64,000 nucleotides of DNA from an uncultured Gammaproteobacteria bacterium (lineage in GTDB: Bacteria; Pseudomonadota; Gammaproteobacteria; JACCXJ01), in assembly GCA_963764725.1 (NCBI GenBank), contig CAVXTM010000018.1, forward strand, positions 224,001-288,000, given 5' to 3'. Shown piece by piece: positions 39,435-48,789 of this stretch. A program made the translations under genes and the position numbers. How positions within the stretch are numbered: the first letter of the stretch is position 1; every line of letters starts with the position of its first letter. The notes beneath the pieces were generated by a model, which was given only the letters and a program-made list of their open reading frames with translations, was not told where the DNA came from and made no database searches.

Positions 39435-39650
39435 TCATTCATACCCTATTCCTTCAAAATCCATCGCACCCCGTCCCCAATCCGCCGGATAAACCTCAGC
39501 CTCGACATATCGGCGAAAGCTGGAATACGGCCATTCCATCGCGGATGCAACGAGCCCGTGCTTTACCGGGTTGAAATGAACGTACTCGACATGCCGGGTA
39601 AAATCGGCTTCATCCCGCAACGCATGTTCCCAATAGCGATGTTGCCATAG
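39435..39650 (-). pseudogene. C-terminal fragment of a REP-associated tyrosine transposase (RAYT)
   Basis: LWQHRYWEHALRDE.DF.RHVEYVHFNPVKHGLV....WPYSSF. Confidence 0.8.
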
Positions 39651-39730
39651 GCGGCGCCTACCCTACCAAACTACATCACCGGTTTCATCCGCTAGCGGCA
39701 TCGCGAGGAACGGCCCACCCATACAAGTGG

Positions 39731-40024
39731 TCAGGCCGCGAGCTTCAACTCAACCTTGAGTCCGGCGCGGGTGGCGAGGGTGATGAGCATGTCCAGGCTG
39801 AACTTGTCCCACTTGCCTCGCACCAGATCAGAGACGCGCGACTGCCCGATCCTAAGTCGCTCCGCCGCCTCCGTCTGAGTCCAACCATGCTCCTCTATCA
39901 AAAGTCGCAGGCGCGCCATGAGGTCGGCCCGCATTGCTAGGATAGCTGCTTCTTCGGGTGGGAAGCCTAGATCGAGAAACACATTGCCGGAAGATTCGGT
40001 TATGCGTATGTCATCGTCGTGCAT
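39731..40024 (-). CDS. XRE-family HTH antitoxin (HigA-like)
   Basis: SSGNVFLDLGF, TQTEAAERL.IGQSRVSDL..GK..KFSLDML. Confidence 0.88.
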   Translation of the reverse strand: MHDDDIRITESSGNVFLDLGFPPEEAAILAMRADLMARLRLLIEEHGWTQTEAAERLRIGQSRVSDLVRGKWDKFSLDMLITLATRAGLKVELKLAA

Positions 40025-40027
40025 GAC

Positions 40028-40342
40028 TCAACCCCCTATCCCCTGGTAACGCCTGCGTGCCAACTCGATATCTTGCCGGCGCGTGCGCCGCGTTTTCTTC
40101 TGGAAAGCATGGAGTACATAGACCGCCTCTGCAAACTTGGCCACATAGATGACGCGCCACTCGCCGAGCACATGGACGCGGATCTCGTAGACGCCAGGTC
40201 CCACGTCCGCCATGGGTTTCGAGTCGGAGGGTGTCGCCCCGTGCTGGACTTGCCACAATTCGAATCCCGCTGCCCGCCGGGCTTCCGCAGGAAAGGCACA
40301 CAGATCGTCATGGCTAGCCCCGACGAACTTGAGTGGCTTCAT
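40028..40342 (-). CDS. RelE/HigB-like (Gp49-type) toxin
   Basis: MKPLKFVG.S.DDL..FP, GVYEIRV, RVIYVAKF.EAVYVLHAFQKKT; toxin-first order. Confidence 0.88.
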   Translation of the reverse strand: MKPLKFVGASHDDLCAFPAEARRAAGFELWQVQHGATPSDSKPMADVGPGVYEIRVHVLGEWRVIYVAKFAEAVYVLHAFQKKTRRTRRQDIELARRRYQGIGG

Positions 40343-40349
40343 TAAGGAC

Positions 40350-40378
40350 ATTATCCAAGTATTTTGATACCCGCTCAA
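40350..40378 (-). promoter_or_regulatory. TA promoter with palindromic operator; probably leaderless
   Basis: TTGAGC-17 nt-GATAAT, 7 nt before the ATG; imperfect palindrome TATCAAAATACTTGGATA overlapping the spacer and -10. Confidence 0.55.
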
Positions 40379-41102
40379 GGCGCATATCGGCGGGATTGCC
40401 TGTGCCGGTACCTCAAGGCATTTTAGTCCCTTATCCATGAAATCTTGTGCAAAAAAGCAAAGAGTGTCATGCATGAGCGGTATTGAGAGCAGGCATGACT
40501 ACATACTCTCGGATAGCGAGTGCGCTGCTGAGCACACGACGACCGAATGTCGTGAGGTAGTACTTGTAGCGATGTCCAATCTTTTTGATGAGGCCATGGG
40601 TGCGCAAGCGTTTCAACCAGTAGGAGGCACGGCCGGTGGAGAGATCCCGGAGATGGGCTCGGAGATCGGAGGCGCGAAAGCCGCTGATGTTCCACTCCCC
40701 GCGGGCGAGGGTGATAAAAAGGCTATGATCTTCACGGAGGAAGAGATTGAAGCCCCGATAGGAGCGGTCTTTCTCTCGTACAGGTTTGGCCATTTTGTCG
40801 ATGGCGTGCAGAGCTGCATTGGGGTTATCGATGCTGGCCATGAAGCTGAGATAGCGTTCATTGGCAGCATGCATCAGCTCTCGCAGATCGGGGAGGCTAT
40901 AGATGTTTTTTCGCAGGGGTGCGAGTTTGAATTGCTTGCGCCCATTGCGTTGTTCCACCCAACGGTGGTGTTTGAAGAAGGAGACATCGTTGGCGGTGCA
41001 TTCCACCCGAGCCATGAGACTGAATTTATCGTAGAGCTTGAGGCTTGCTGGTCCCATATGATGGCGGATGCGTGTACCCTGAATGCGGGTGTGAAAATCG
41101 TT

Positions 41103-42481
41103 GAGGTACCATCAAAGGGTGTGTAAAAAGGTGAAGGCGATGTACCCTTTCTGTAGTAATTAACAAAGAACGGGCTGGCAGGCCCGAGAGAAAGGAGCAC
41201 ACCGCCATGAAGAAGCAAAGCACCGAAGGAGTGGGTAGGTCAAGTGTGGTATGGGAGAATCTCGAGGAATGGGTCCGTGGGCGGATTCAAGGGTATTTGC
41301 AAGATCTGCTCGAAGAGGAAGTCACCGTGTTCTTAGGGCGAGAGAAATCGGAGCGTCGGGCGGAGATAGACGGCCCGGGCGGGTACCGCAATGGGTATGG
41401 GAAGGTACGGAAGTTGGGCCTCAGCTGTGGGACGGTGGAGCTTGCGAGGCCGCGGGTGCGAGGGGTGGAGGAGCGCTTTGAGAGCAGGTTGTTGCCTTTA
41501 TTTGTCCGCCGCACGGAGACGGTGGCGGAGTTACTTCCCACGTTGTATCTCCATGGGTTATCCCTGGGCGACTTTGAGCTTGCGCTGCGGGGGCTGCTCG
41601 GGGATGGGGCGCCGCTTTCGGGGGGTTCGGTGGCGCGGCTGAAAGCGAAGTGGGCGGGGGAATATGCGCTTTGGAATCAACGGCCTCTCGCGGAGTTGGG
41701 GGTCGTTTATTTGTGGGTAGACGGGGTGTATGTCAAGGCGGGATTGGAGAAGGAGAAGGCCGCGCTCTTAGTGGTCGTGGCGGGCCTGAGCGATGGGCGC
41801 AAGGCCTTTTTAGCCATCACCCCCGGGTTTCGGGAATCCACCGAGAGTTGGTCGGCGGTGTTACGGGATTTGAAGAAACGTGGCCTACGTGCACCGCGCC
41901 TGGTGGTCGGTGATGGACATCTGGGGATTTGGGGTGGACTGGCCGAGGTGTATCCCGAGGCCGAGGAACAGCGCTGTTGGAATCATCGCATTTTAAACCT
42001 CTTGGATAAGCTTCCGAAGAAACGCCAGGCCGAAGCGAAAGCGCTGCTCTGTCCGATCCCCTATGCCCCTACCCGCCAAGAAGCGGAGAAGGCCAAAGCG
42101 ACCTTCCAACGCTGGTGCCGTCAACAAGGCTTCCAAGCCGCCGCTGAGCTTCTCGATCACGACTGGGAGCGCATGGTGGCGTTCTACCGCTATCCCAAAG
42201 AACACTGGATCCACTTGCGAACCACCAATCCGATCGAATCGCCCTTCGCCGCTGTGCGGCTACGTACCAATGCGGCCAAGCGGTTCAAGAAAGTCGATAA
42301 CGCCACCGCCCTGATCTGGAAAATCATGATGGTCGCTGAAACGACTTTCCGCCGGCTCAACGCCACCGAGCTACTGAAAGACATCTATAACGGCGTCGCA
42401 TTCGCCGATGGAATACGAACAAATAATGACACCATCAGAAAGGCCGCCTGAACTTATTTACACACCTCTTGACGGAAGCTC
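41103..42481 (+). mobile_element. Intact IS256-family insertion sequence
   Basis: Imperfect 28-bp IRs (GAGGTACCATCAAAGGGTGTGTAAAAAG / GAGCTTCCGTCAAGAGGTGTGTAAATAA); 8-bp target duplication AAATCGTT at 41095-41102 and 42482-42489. Confidence 0.93.
41207..42451 (+). CDS. IS256-family transposase
   Basis: GYRNGY, YLWVDGVY, VGDGHLG, QRCWNH, RTTNPIES. Confidence 0.95.
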   Translation: MKKQSTEGVGRSSVVWENLEEWVRGRIQGYLQDLLEEEVTVFLGREKSERRAEIDGPGGYRNGYGKVRKLGLSCGTVELARPRVRGVEERFESRLLPLFVRRTETVAELLPTLYLHGLSLGDFELALRGLLGDGAPLSGGSVARLKAKWAGEYALWNQRPLAELGVVYLWVDGVYVKAGLEKEKAALLVVVAGLSDGRKAFLAITPGFRESTESWSAVLRDLKKRGLRAPRLVVGDGHLGIWGGLAEVYPEAEEQRCWNHRILNLLDKLPKKRQAEAKALLCPIPYAPTRQEAEKAKATFQRWCRQQGFQAAAELLDHDWERMVAFYRYPKEHWIHLRTTNPIESPFAAVRLRTNAAKRFKKVDNATALIWKIMMVAETTFRRLNATELLKDIYNGVAFADGIRTNNDTIRKAA

Positions 42482-43527
42482 AAATCGTTACCGGCCTCCC
42501 CGCTGAAGGCCGAGGTGAGTTTGCGTCCCAAGAAGGTGGCGACGTGTTCTGCCTTGAGGGCATGCACGGCGGTACGCACGATGGCTTGATAGAGGGGTTG
42601 GAAATCGGCTTGGCGGTGGAAGATGACATCGGTCGAGAAAGCCAGGGCCAGGGAGTGGCCCTGCTTGGCGCGCCGAGGATGCAACTCCACCTGCATGAAG
42701 CTCCAGTGATAACCAGCGCGAAACTGACCCAAGATAGGACAGAAGCTTTTCGCCCATCGGTCCAAACGCCGATGCAAGCCTTTGGGATCGAGGCTATCGG
42801 CAAGCGCCTGAGCCTGTTGGGGATCGCCGATGGACAAGAAGGCATTATCGGCGCGCTCAAAGGCGATCCCTGTCTTGGTCAGTCGTTGGGCTAACCAGTG
42901 ATGGCCGTTCAAATAGACCTGCAGGCGAAACGGTGCCCAGGTGGGTACTCGGACATAACAGAGCCCGAAGATCTCATCGATGAAATAGAAGTAATAATGC
43001 AAACACTTGCCCGGGGTAGACTTCAAACGGGTCGTATGCTGAAGCTTGTCATGCCAGGGGCGATACGAAGGACAGGCCTCCATCGCCGAGAAGATATGCA
43101 CCAGCCCCGGGTGCTCACCGCGCAAAGCCAAAATCGCTTTGATCCGTTCTTCTTTACGAAACGCCTTGTAATGACGGATGAATTCAATTTCCAACGAAGC
43201 CTCAGCGGCCAGCCGCTCGGCATGGGGTCCGAAGCGCCTCGCGCAGCGGTTCTGCCCAGCGGGGATAGTCAAACAGACGCATACCCCGGACACCCAAATA
43301 CCGGGCCATAGCCTCGGCATGGGCGATCTCCGGAAGCGTGCCAGTGATCACGATGCGGTCAAAGCAACAAAGCACCGCGGCGATCTTCGCTTGATGGCGT
43401 TCAACAAAGGGAGTTCATGGCGACGACCCATCTCAGTTCTTATTGCCCATCCGCCAGAATAGTACATTCAACACTTTGGTTCCGGCTATGCCGGGTTAGG
43501 ATTCTTAGATCGACTGAGACCGACTTT

Positions 43528-45033
43528 TCACACCGGCCGTTTCACCTTGTCGTAGGTATCCATGAAGACACCTTCCGCCTGGTATTTCTGCCTGACGCTG
43601 TCATAGAGGGAGCAGTCGAACATCCGGCGATATTCATCGCGAGTCAGTTCCGATACCGCGTACAGACACTGGTAACCGCCATGCGCTATCGCGAAAGCCT
43701 CCATCCCGCGGACGGCGCGCCGAGAATCGTAGGGCTCGCCGCGTCGAACCGCCCCCGGGGCACCGTAAACACCGACATCCACGAACATCTCCTCGTCGCA
43801 GGCTTCCTGGGACGGCTTCAAGAACCCCTGAGGCTGGGTGCGGAATGTCCGGTGCGGACAAAGCCACAGCGGGTAGCACTCGAAGTTCGTGTGGAAAAAC
43901 TCGATTGTTTCCGTAAGGTGCCTGATCGGCACCAGCATGTCCTGACACACGTGCCGGTCCTCATAATAGGCGCGGATCGACTCGCCCTGGGTAAGTTTTA
44001 GAAAAGAAACCTTGGGCGGCATCATCCATCCGAGGAGGTAACGGAACAGAAGATGATTGCCGAACGGGATGATGAGCTCCCCTTCCCAGAAGATACTGCG
44101 CGTGTGCCGATGGTAGTACTGCCGCAGGGGAATAGACTCCTCGCCGCCGCCTCGCTCCACGAACGACTCGCAGTGTTTGTAAAACCATGGCTTGAACCAC
44201 CAGCCGATGGCATTCACTTTGGAGTGGTCCGGGCCGGCGGCGAAATCGCCGGTCATGATTACACCGGAGTCCCGGCCGTACAGAATGCCCTCGACAAACT
44301 CGGGCGGATCCGGACGGCAAACCTCCCGGGCGAACACCTCGCAGGCCTCGTTGAGGCTATGAACAGGGTGATAACCGAGTCGCACCCAAGGCTTGCAAGG
44401 GATGATGCGCAGCTCCACTGCGACCAGGATGCCCAGCGCCCCGTACGACCAGGGCAGGGCATGGAATAGATCCGCATGGACCTCGCGGGTAGCGCGAACG
44501 AGCGTGGCGTCCCCTATCACCACCTCGCAAGCCTCGACGATATCGGCGAACAGCCCGTACTTGTGGGATGAGCCTTCGATGCCGAATCCCAGGATTAACC
44601 CACTGACCGTTAAATCGTCGAGCTCCGGGACCACCGGCAAGGTCCATCCCTTGGGAACGAGATAACGGGTGAGCTGGCCGATGGTCGCTCCGGGCTCGAC
44701 CCGGAGGATGGCCCGTTCCGTATCGATTGCCAGGATATCGTAGAGATTGACCCGGATGGTGTTGTCGCGGCGCTTGTAGCGGGCGATCCGCATCGAGACG
44801 TTCATCCAGGATTTGCGCGCCGTGCAGAGGGGCTGCCGGCCGCCGGCTGTTCGCCACTGGCGCACCTGTGCTTGGATATCGCGCACGCGCTCCGTGTGCC
44901 CTTCGGGGGCGCTCTTCAAGCCTCGGTAGTACCAGTTCCGGATAGCCCAATAGAGGTCGAACAGCACCGACAGGGGCAAGACTACGAGCACTACGAACAG
45001 CCAGCGATATCGGACTAGTACATCGGTCAGCAA
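43528..45033 (-). CDS. Delta24-sterol reductase (DHCR24/DWF1-like FAD oxidoreductase)
   Basis: LCTARKSW, VVPELDDLTVSGL..G.GIEGSSHKYGLF, IPLRQYYHRHTRSIFWE, YPLWLCP; TTG start. Confidence 0.9.
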   Translation of the reverse strand: MLTDVLVRYRWLFVVLVVLPLSVLFDLYWAIRNWYYRGLKSAPEGHTERVRDIQAQVRQWRTAGGRQPLCTARKSWMNVSMRIARYKRRDNTIRVNLYDILAIDTERAILRVEPGATIGQLTRYLVPKGWTLPVVPELDDLTVSGLILGFGIEGSSHKYGLFADIVEACEVVIGDATLVRATREVHADLFHALPWSYGALGILVAVELRIIPCKPWVRLGYHPVHSLNEACEVFAREVCRPDPPEFVEGILYGRDSGVIMTGDFAAGPDHSKVNAIGWWFKPWFYKHCESFVERGGGEESIPLRQYYHRHTRSIFWEGELIIPFGNHLLFRYLLGWMMPPKVSFLKLTQGESIRAYYEDRHVCQDMLVPIRHLTETIEFFHTNFECYPLWLCPHRTFRTQPQGFLKPSQEACDEEMFVDVGVYGAPGAVRRGEPYDSRRAVRGMEAFAIAHGGYQCLYAVSELTRDEYRRMFDCSLYDSVRQKYQAEGVFMDTYDKVKRPV

Positions 45034-45164
45034 GTGCGTAGGCTCAGCAACTGATTATTCAGTTTTCTCTTGGCGTTTAGTACATTTTCAGCAATGCGAA
45101 AGAATGCTGCAATCACGGTATACACGGAATTAATTAAAAGCCCTGGTCTATATATAATGTTCTC

Positions 45165-47021
45165 ATGACCATATCGAGAACCGCGCTAGTAATGACTGCT
45201 CTTGTGAGCGCTTGCGCGGGCGGTGGGATCGTTTATTTCGGGCTGCGCGCCGCGAGTACCGGGATCGCGGATCCCCTTTCGCCCCCGGTGCGTGATTTCG
45301 CCCTACTCGATCAGGACGGCCGTTTTCATCAGTTGTATCGGCTCACGAACGCCAAGGCGGTCGTACTATATATTCACGGCCTCGGTTGCACCACGGTGCG
45401 CGACAGCCTGCCGGCGCTGAAAGCGCTGCGCGCTACTTACGCCAAACAAGGCGTGGAATTCATGTTGATCAATGCGAACCCGCAGGACGAACGCAAAGCC
45501 TTAAAGATGGAGGCAGCGCGACTCCATCTCGACATTCCCATCTTAAAGGACGAGGCGCAACTCGTGATCCAGTCCCTGCAAGCTGAGCGGACCGGCGAGG
45601 CGATCCTGATCGATACCAAGACGTGGGCCATTCGTTACCGGGGGCCGATCGATGATCGCATGCATTACGGCTCACAACGGCCCGCAGCGACGCGACACTA
45701 TCTCAATGATGCGCTCGCCGCGGTGCTCGACAAGGAGACCGTGACGGTCGCTCAAGCGCCGGTCGTCGGCTGTGTGCTCAACATCGAGCCGCATGGGCAC
45801 GCGCTCTCCTACACGGGCGACGTCGTACCCATACTCCGCGACCGGTGCATAGACTGTCATCGCGCGGGAGGCGTCGGTCCCTGGGCGATGGACCGCTACG
45901 AGACTCTGCGTGGTTGGTCGCCGATGATGCGCGAGGTCATCATGACCAAGCGCATGCCGCCCTGGCAGGCGGATCCGGCGGTCGGCGAGCTCTTAGCGGA
46001 CCGATCCCTGCGTACCGAGGAACAAAAGACTTTGGTGCGGTGGATCGATGCCGGCGCGCCGCGCGGCGACGGGGCGGACCCCCTGGTTGCACAGCCACCC
46101 GAGGGTGTGCAAGACTGGCCGCTGGGAAAACCTGATCTGGTAATCAAACTTCCCGAGCAGAAGCTGCCCGCGCAGGGCGTTCTGCCCTACCGCTGGTTCA
46201 AGATCCCGGGGCCGATCGACAAGGATCGTTGGGTACGCGCGGTGCACCTCAAACCCAGTAACACCGCCGTCATGCACCACGGGTTCGTGATGGTCCAGTA
46301 TCCCGCGCGGCACAAAGATCGCGAGCCCGCGTGGTTAGAAGGCCGAAACGGGTTCTTTGCCGCCTATGTTCCCGGCTTGGATGTGCAACCGATGCCGAAA
46401 GATTCGGGTCAGTGGTTACCCGCAGGATCGACCTTGGTGTTCCAAATCCATTACATCACCATCGGCGCGCCGGCATCGGATCGGCCGGTATTGGGCCTCT
46501 ATTTCCACCGCGCGCCCCCGCCGAGGGAATACGCGGTCGCCAGCGCCTCGAACAGGGACCTGCGCATCCCGCCCTTCGCCGCGAATCACATCGAAATCGC
46601 GGAGACGACCTTCAGCGAGCGCGTGATGCTCTACGGCTTGTATCCCCATATGCACTATCGCGGACGGCACTTCGATTACGTGGCTCATTTCCCGGACGGC
46701 CGGTCGCAGCGGTTGCTGTCGGTACCGAATTATTCGTTCGGCTGGCAGACGCTCTATCGTCTCAAAAAACCGCGGGAGATCCCGGCCGGAACACGGATCG
46801 TCGCGCGCGCGGAATTCGATAATTCAGAGCAGAATCCCGTCAACCCGGACCCCGCACAAGAGGTGCGGTGGGGGCTCGATAGCGATGATGAAATGCTCGT
46901 CGGCTACCTCATGTACACCCGTGAGCGCGATGATTTTCCTCGACGCCTCAACGATATGGCAAGTAGCGCCGCAGGGCGTAGATCGGTTTCTCATACCAAT
47001 GCCAGATCGCAGTTGCCATGA
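45165..47021 (+). CDS. Redoxin + heme c + copper type II (PHM/DBH-like) monooxygenase multidomain protein
   Basis: N-terminal TM; AhpC/TSA-like domain (RYRGPIDD); CIDCH; MHH, QIHY, PHMHYRG and DEM copper ligands. Confidence 0.72.
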   Translation: MTISRTALVMTALVSACAGGGIVYFGLRAASTGIADPLSPPVRDFALLDQDGRFHQLYRLTNAKAVVLYIHGLGCTTVRDSLPALKALRATYAKQGVEFMLINANPQDERKALKMEAARLHLDIPILKDEAQLVIQSLQAERTGEAILIDTKTWAIRYRGPIDDRMHYGSQRPAATRHYLNDALAAVLDKETVTVAQAPVVGCVLNIEPHGHALSYTGDVVPILRDRCIDCHRAGGVGPWAMDRYETLRGWSPMMREVIMTKRMPPWQADPAVGELLADRSLRTEEQKTLVRWIDAGAPRGDGADPLVAQPPEGVQDWPLGKPDLVIKLPEQKLPAQGVLPYRWFKIPGPIDKDRWVRAVHLKPSNTAVMHHGFVMVQYPARHKDREPAWLEGRNGFFAAYVPGLDVQPMPKDSGQWLPAGSTLVFQIHYITIGAPASDRPVLGLYFHRAPPPREYAVASASNRDLRIPPFAANHIEIAETTFSERVMLYGLYPHMHYRGRHFDYVAHFPDGRSQRLLSVPNYSFGWQTLYRLKKPREIPAGTRIVARAEFDNSEQNPVNPDPAQEVRWGLDSDDEMLVGYLMYTRERDDFPRRLNDMASSAAGRRSVSHTNARSQLP

Positions 47022-48003
47022 GGAGTGAAATCGCAAAGCCCCCAGCGACAACGCCGATCTGCTGGGGCAGTGGAAGCTTGAGATCGAGGGAGTTGAACAA
47101 AGTCATGGCGATCAGATGCACGAGATACAGCGTATAGCTCATGGTGCCGAAGTACACCAAAGGTCCGAAGCTTAGCACGCGCACCACGAGGTGGGACTCA
47201 GGCAGCGACCACAAGCCCCAAATGAAGAATCCCATACTCAATGCAATCGGCGTCTGGTAGTGAGAGGTCGAGAATTGTAGAAAGCCGCTTTGGCCCAGCG
47301 AAAACTCGATGCCGATCAAACTCAGTATCGCGATCATCGAGAGGCTCAAGGTCCAGGGCGGGGAGAACCGCGGCAGCCTTTGCTGATACTCGAGCCACGA
47401 GAAAATACATCCCCAGACGAAATATTCCGCGCACACCGGTAAGAGTGTCCCGTAGAACGATTTCGGATAACGAGACATGAACCAGAAACGCGCCGCGATG
47501 CTCATGATCAGCACGGAAAATAACATCGTGGTCCGATAGCGCGGGGGCGTGATGTAAAGGAGCAGCGGATAGACAATATAAAATTGCTCCTCGACGCTCA
47601 AGGACCAGAGATGCATCGATTCATCGCGCCAACCCTGTAAGAACCACTCGTCGAATGCCGCGCTCGGAATCAGGCTCAGGGCAAAGAGTTTGATATTGAA
47701 AAGGTAGGCGAGATAGTACGCCGGGTAGGTGAGTGCTTCCATGCCGATCAATAGCAATACCACGAGATAATAGGCTGGGCATATCCTCAAGATTCTTCGG
47801 GTATAGAAAACCTTGAGCTTGGTAAGCACGCTCGGGTGATCGGCGGACAAAAGCACGTTGGTGATGAGAAAACCGCTCATCACGAAGAAGACGGGTAATG
47901 CATAGCCCAGGTAACCCACGTGAAAAGGGTTCGGCGCGTAATGAGTGGCAAAGACCATCAGGAATAAAACAAAACGCAAGCCGTCGAGCTGGTGTTTTCT
48001 CAT
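46948..48003 (-). CDS. Acyltransferase-3 (OafA-like) membrane O-acyltransferase
   Basis: LDGLRF, FFVMSGFLIT, RRILRI.PAYY, HLWSLSVEEQFY, SYTLYLVH. Confidence 0.9.
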   Translation of the reverse strand: MRKHQLDGLRFVLFLMVFATHYAPNPFHVGYLGYALPVFFVMSGFLITNVLLSADHPSVLTKLKVFYTRRILRICPAYYLVVLLLIGMEALTYPAYYLAYLFNIKLFALSLIPSAAFDEWFLQGWRDESMHLWSLSVEEQFYIVYPLLLYITPPRYRTTMLFSVLIMSIAARFWFMSRYPKSFYGTLLPVCAEYFVWGCIFSWLEYQQRLPRFSPPWTLSLSMIAILSLIGIEFSLGQSGFLQFSTSHYQTPIALSMGFFIWGLWSLPESHLVVRVLSFGPLVYFGTMSYTLYLVHLIAMTLFNSLDLKLPLPQQIGVVAGGFAISLLMATAIWHWYEKPIYALRRYLPYR

Positions 48004-48061
48004 ATTGATTTCGTCCAGAGTTAGCTACCACAGAGCGCCGCCGGAGCATGATCAACAACAC

Positions 48062-48301
48062 CTACGCTCCAAGGGCGGCCAGGACATGCTTGAGGCTGTG
48101 GCCTCTCAGCCAACCGCTCAGATAATACATCTCGAAGCCAATGTTGGTGATTACATCGCCGAAATGCGGAATTTCAAAGAAGACCCACTGGTCGGCGAAA
48201 TCATGGTAGTTGGGATCCTGCGGGATCGGGTCAATAAATAAGGCGGCGAGTGACGTCAAGGCGCCGGGGGCGATGACAGCCACGATCCGCCAGCGCGACA
48301 T
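48062..48301 (-). pseudogene. Internally deleted ceramidase-like (CREST) membrane protein remnant
   Basis: N-terminal PIPQDPNYHDFADQ...DVITNIGF joined directly to C-terminal GHSLKHVLAA. Confidence 0.5.
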
Positions 48302-48321
48302 CTGCGCCTGGCCGGCATAAA

Positions 48322-48786
48322 TCAGCGTGCTGCTGAAAACTCCGGCACGGGCTCGCCCATCCCAGCTCGCAAGAAGATCAGCGCGCCGGCCCGTGTCGTG
48401 AGTGCAGGGTGGGCGGCGCCCTTGGGCGCAAAGTGATAATCGCCCGCGCGGACGGTGATTTCGCCGAAGGTGATCTCTCCTTCCAGCACCAGGCATTCCT
48501 CATTGGCGGCGTGGAGATGCGGAGGGAGAGTGACACCGGCTTCCAAGCGGGCCAGCAAAGAATTCGCGCGACCGTTTTCATCTCGGTGCAGGATCTTGAA
48601 TCGGATCCCGGGCCCGAAGTCCATCCAACCTTCGGCCGAGCGTATCGTGCGTAGCTGCGTGAGCGGATGCTCGGCACGTACGCGCGCCGTGATCCTCTCG
48701 TGCAAGCCGGCCGGCGGCTGCATCGGGGCTAGCGCATCGGCCCACTGCGTGAATAGCTCGGTATCGAATAGATCTTCGTCATTCAT
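48322..48786 (-). CDS. ChrR-like cupin anti-sigma factor
   Basis: PPHLH...EECLVLEG...GDYH..P.G..H; directly downstream of an ECF sigma gene. Confidence 0.8.
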   Translation of the reverse strand: MNDEDLFDTELFTQWADALAPMQPPAGLHERITARVRAEHPLTQLRTIRSAEGWMDFGPGIRFKILHRDENGRANSLLARLEAGVTLPPHLHAANEECLVLEGEITFGEITVRAGDYHFAPKGAAHPALTTRAGALIFLRAGMGEPVPEFSAAR

Positions 48787-48789
48787 AAC

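Larger units (their letters stand above)
40423..43499 (-). mobile_element. Unclassified transposon-like element; transposase pseudogene (ATG 43418 to stop 40467) frameshifted and interrupted by IS256
   Basis: Halves rejoin as GNDF|HTRIQGTRIRHHMGPASLKLYDK once IS256 is removed; TTAG at both proposed ends; subterminal hairpin CCGGC-TAT-GCCGG at 43482-43494. Confidence 0.6.
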
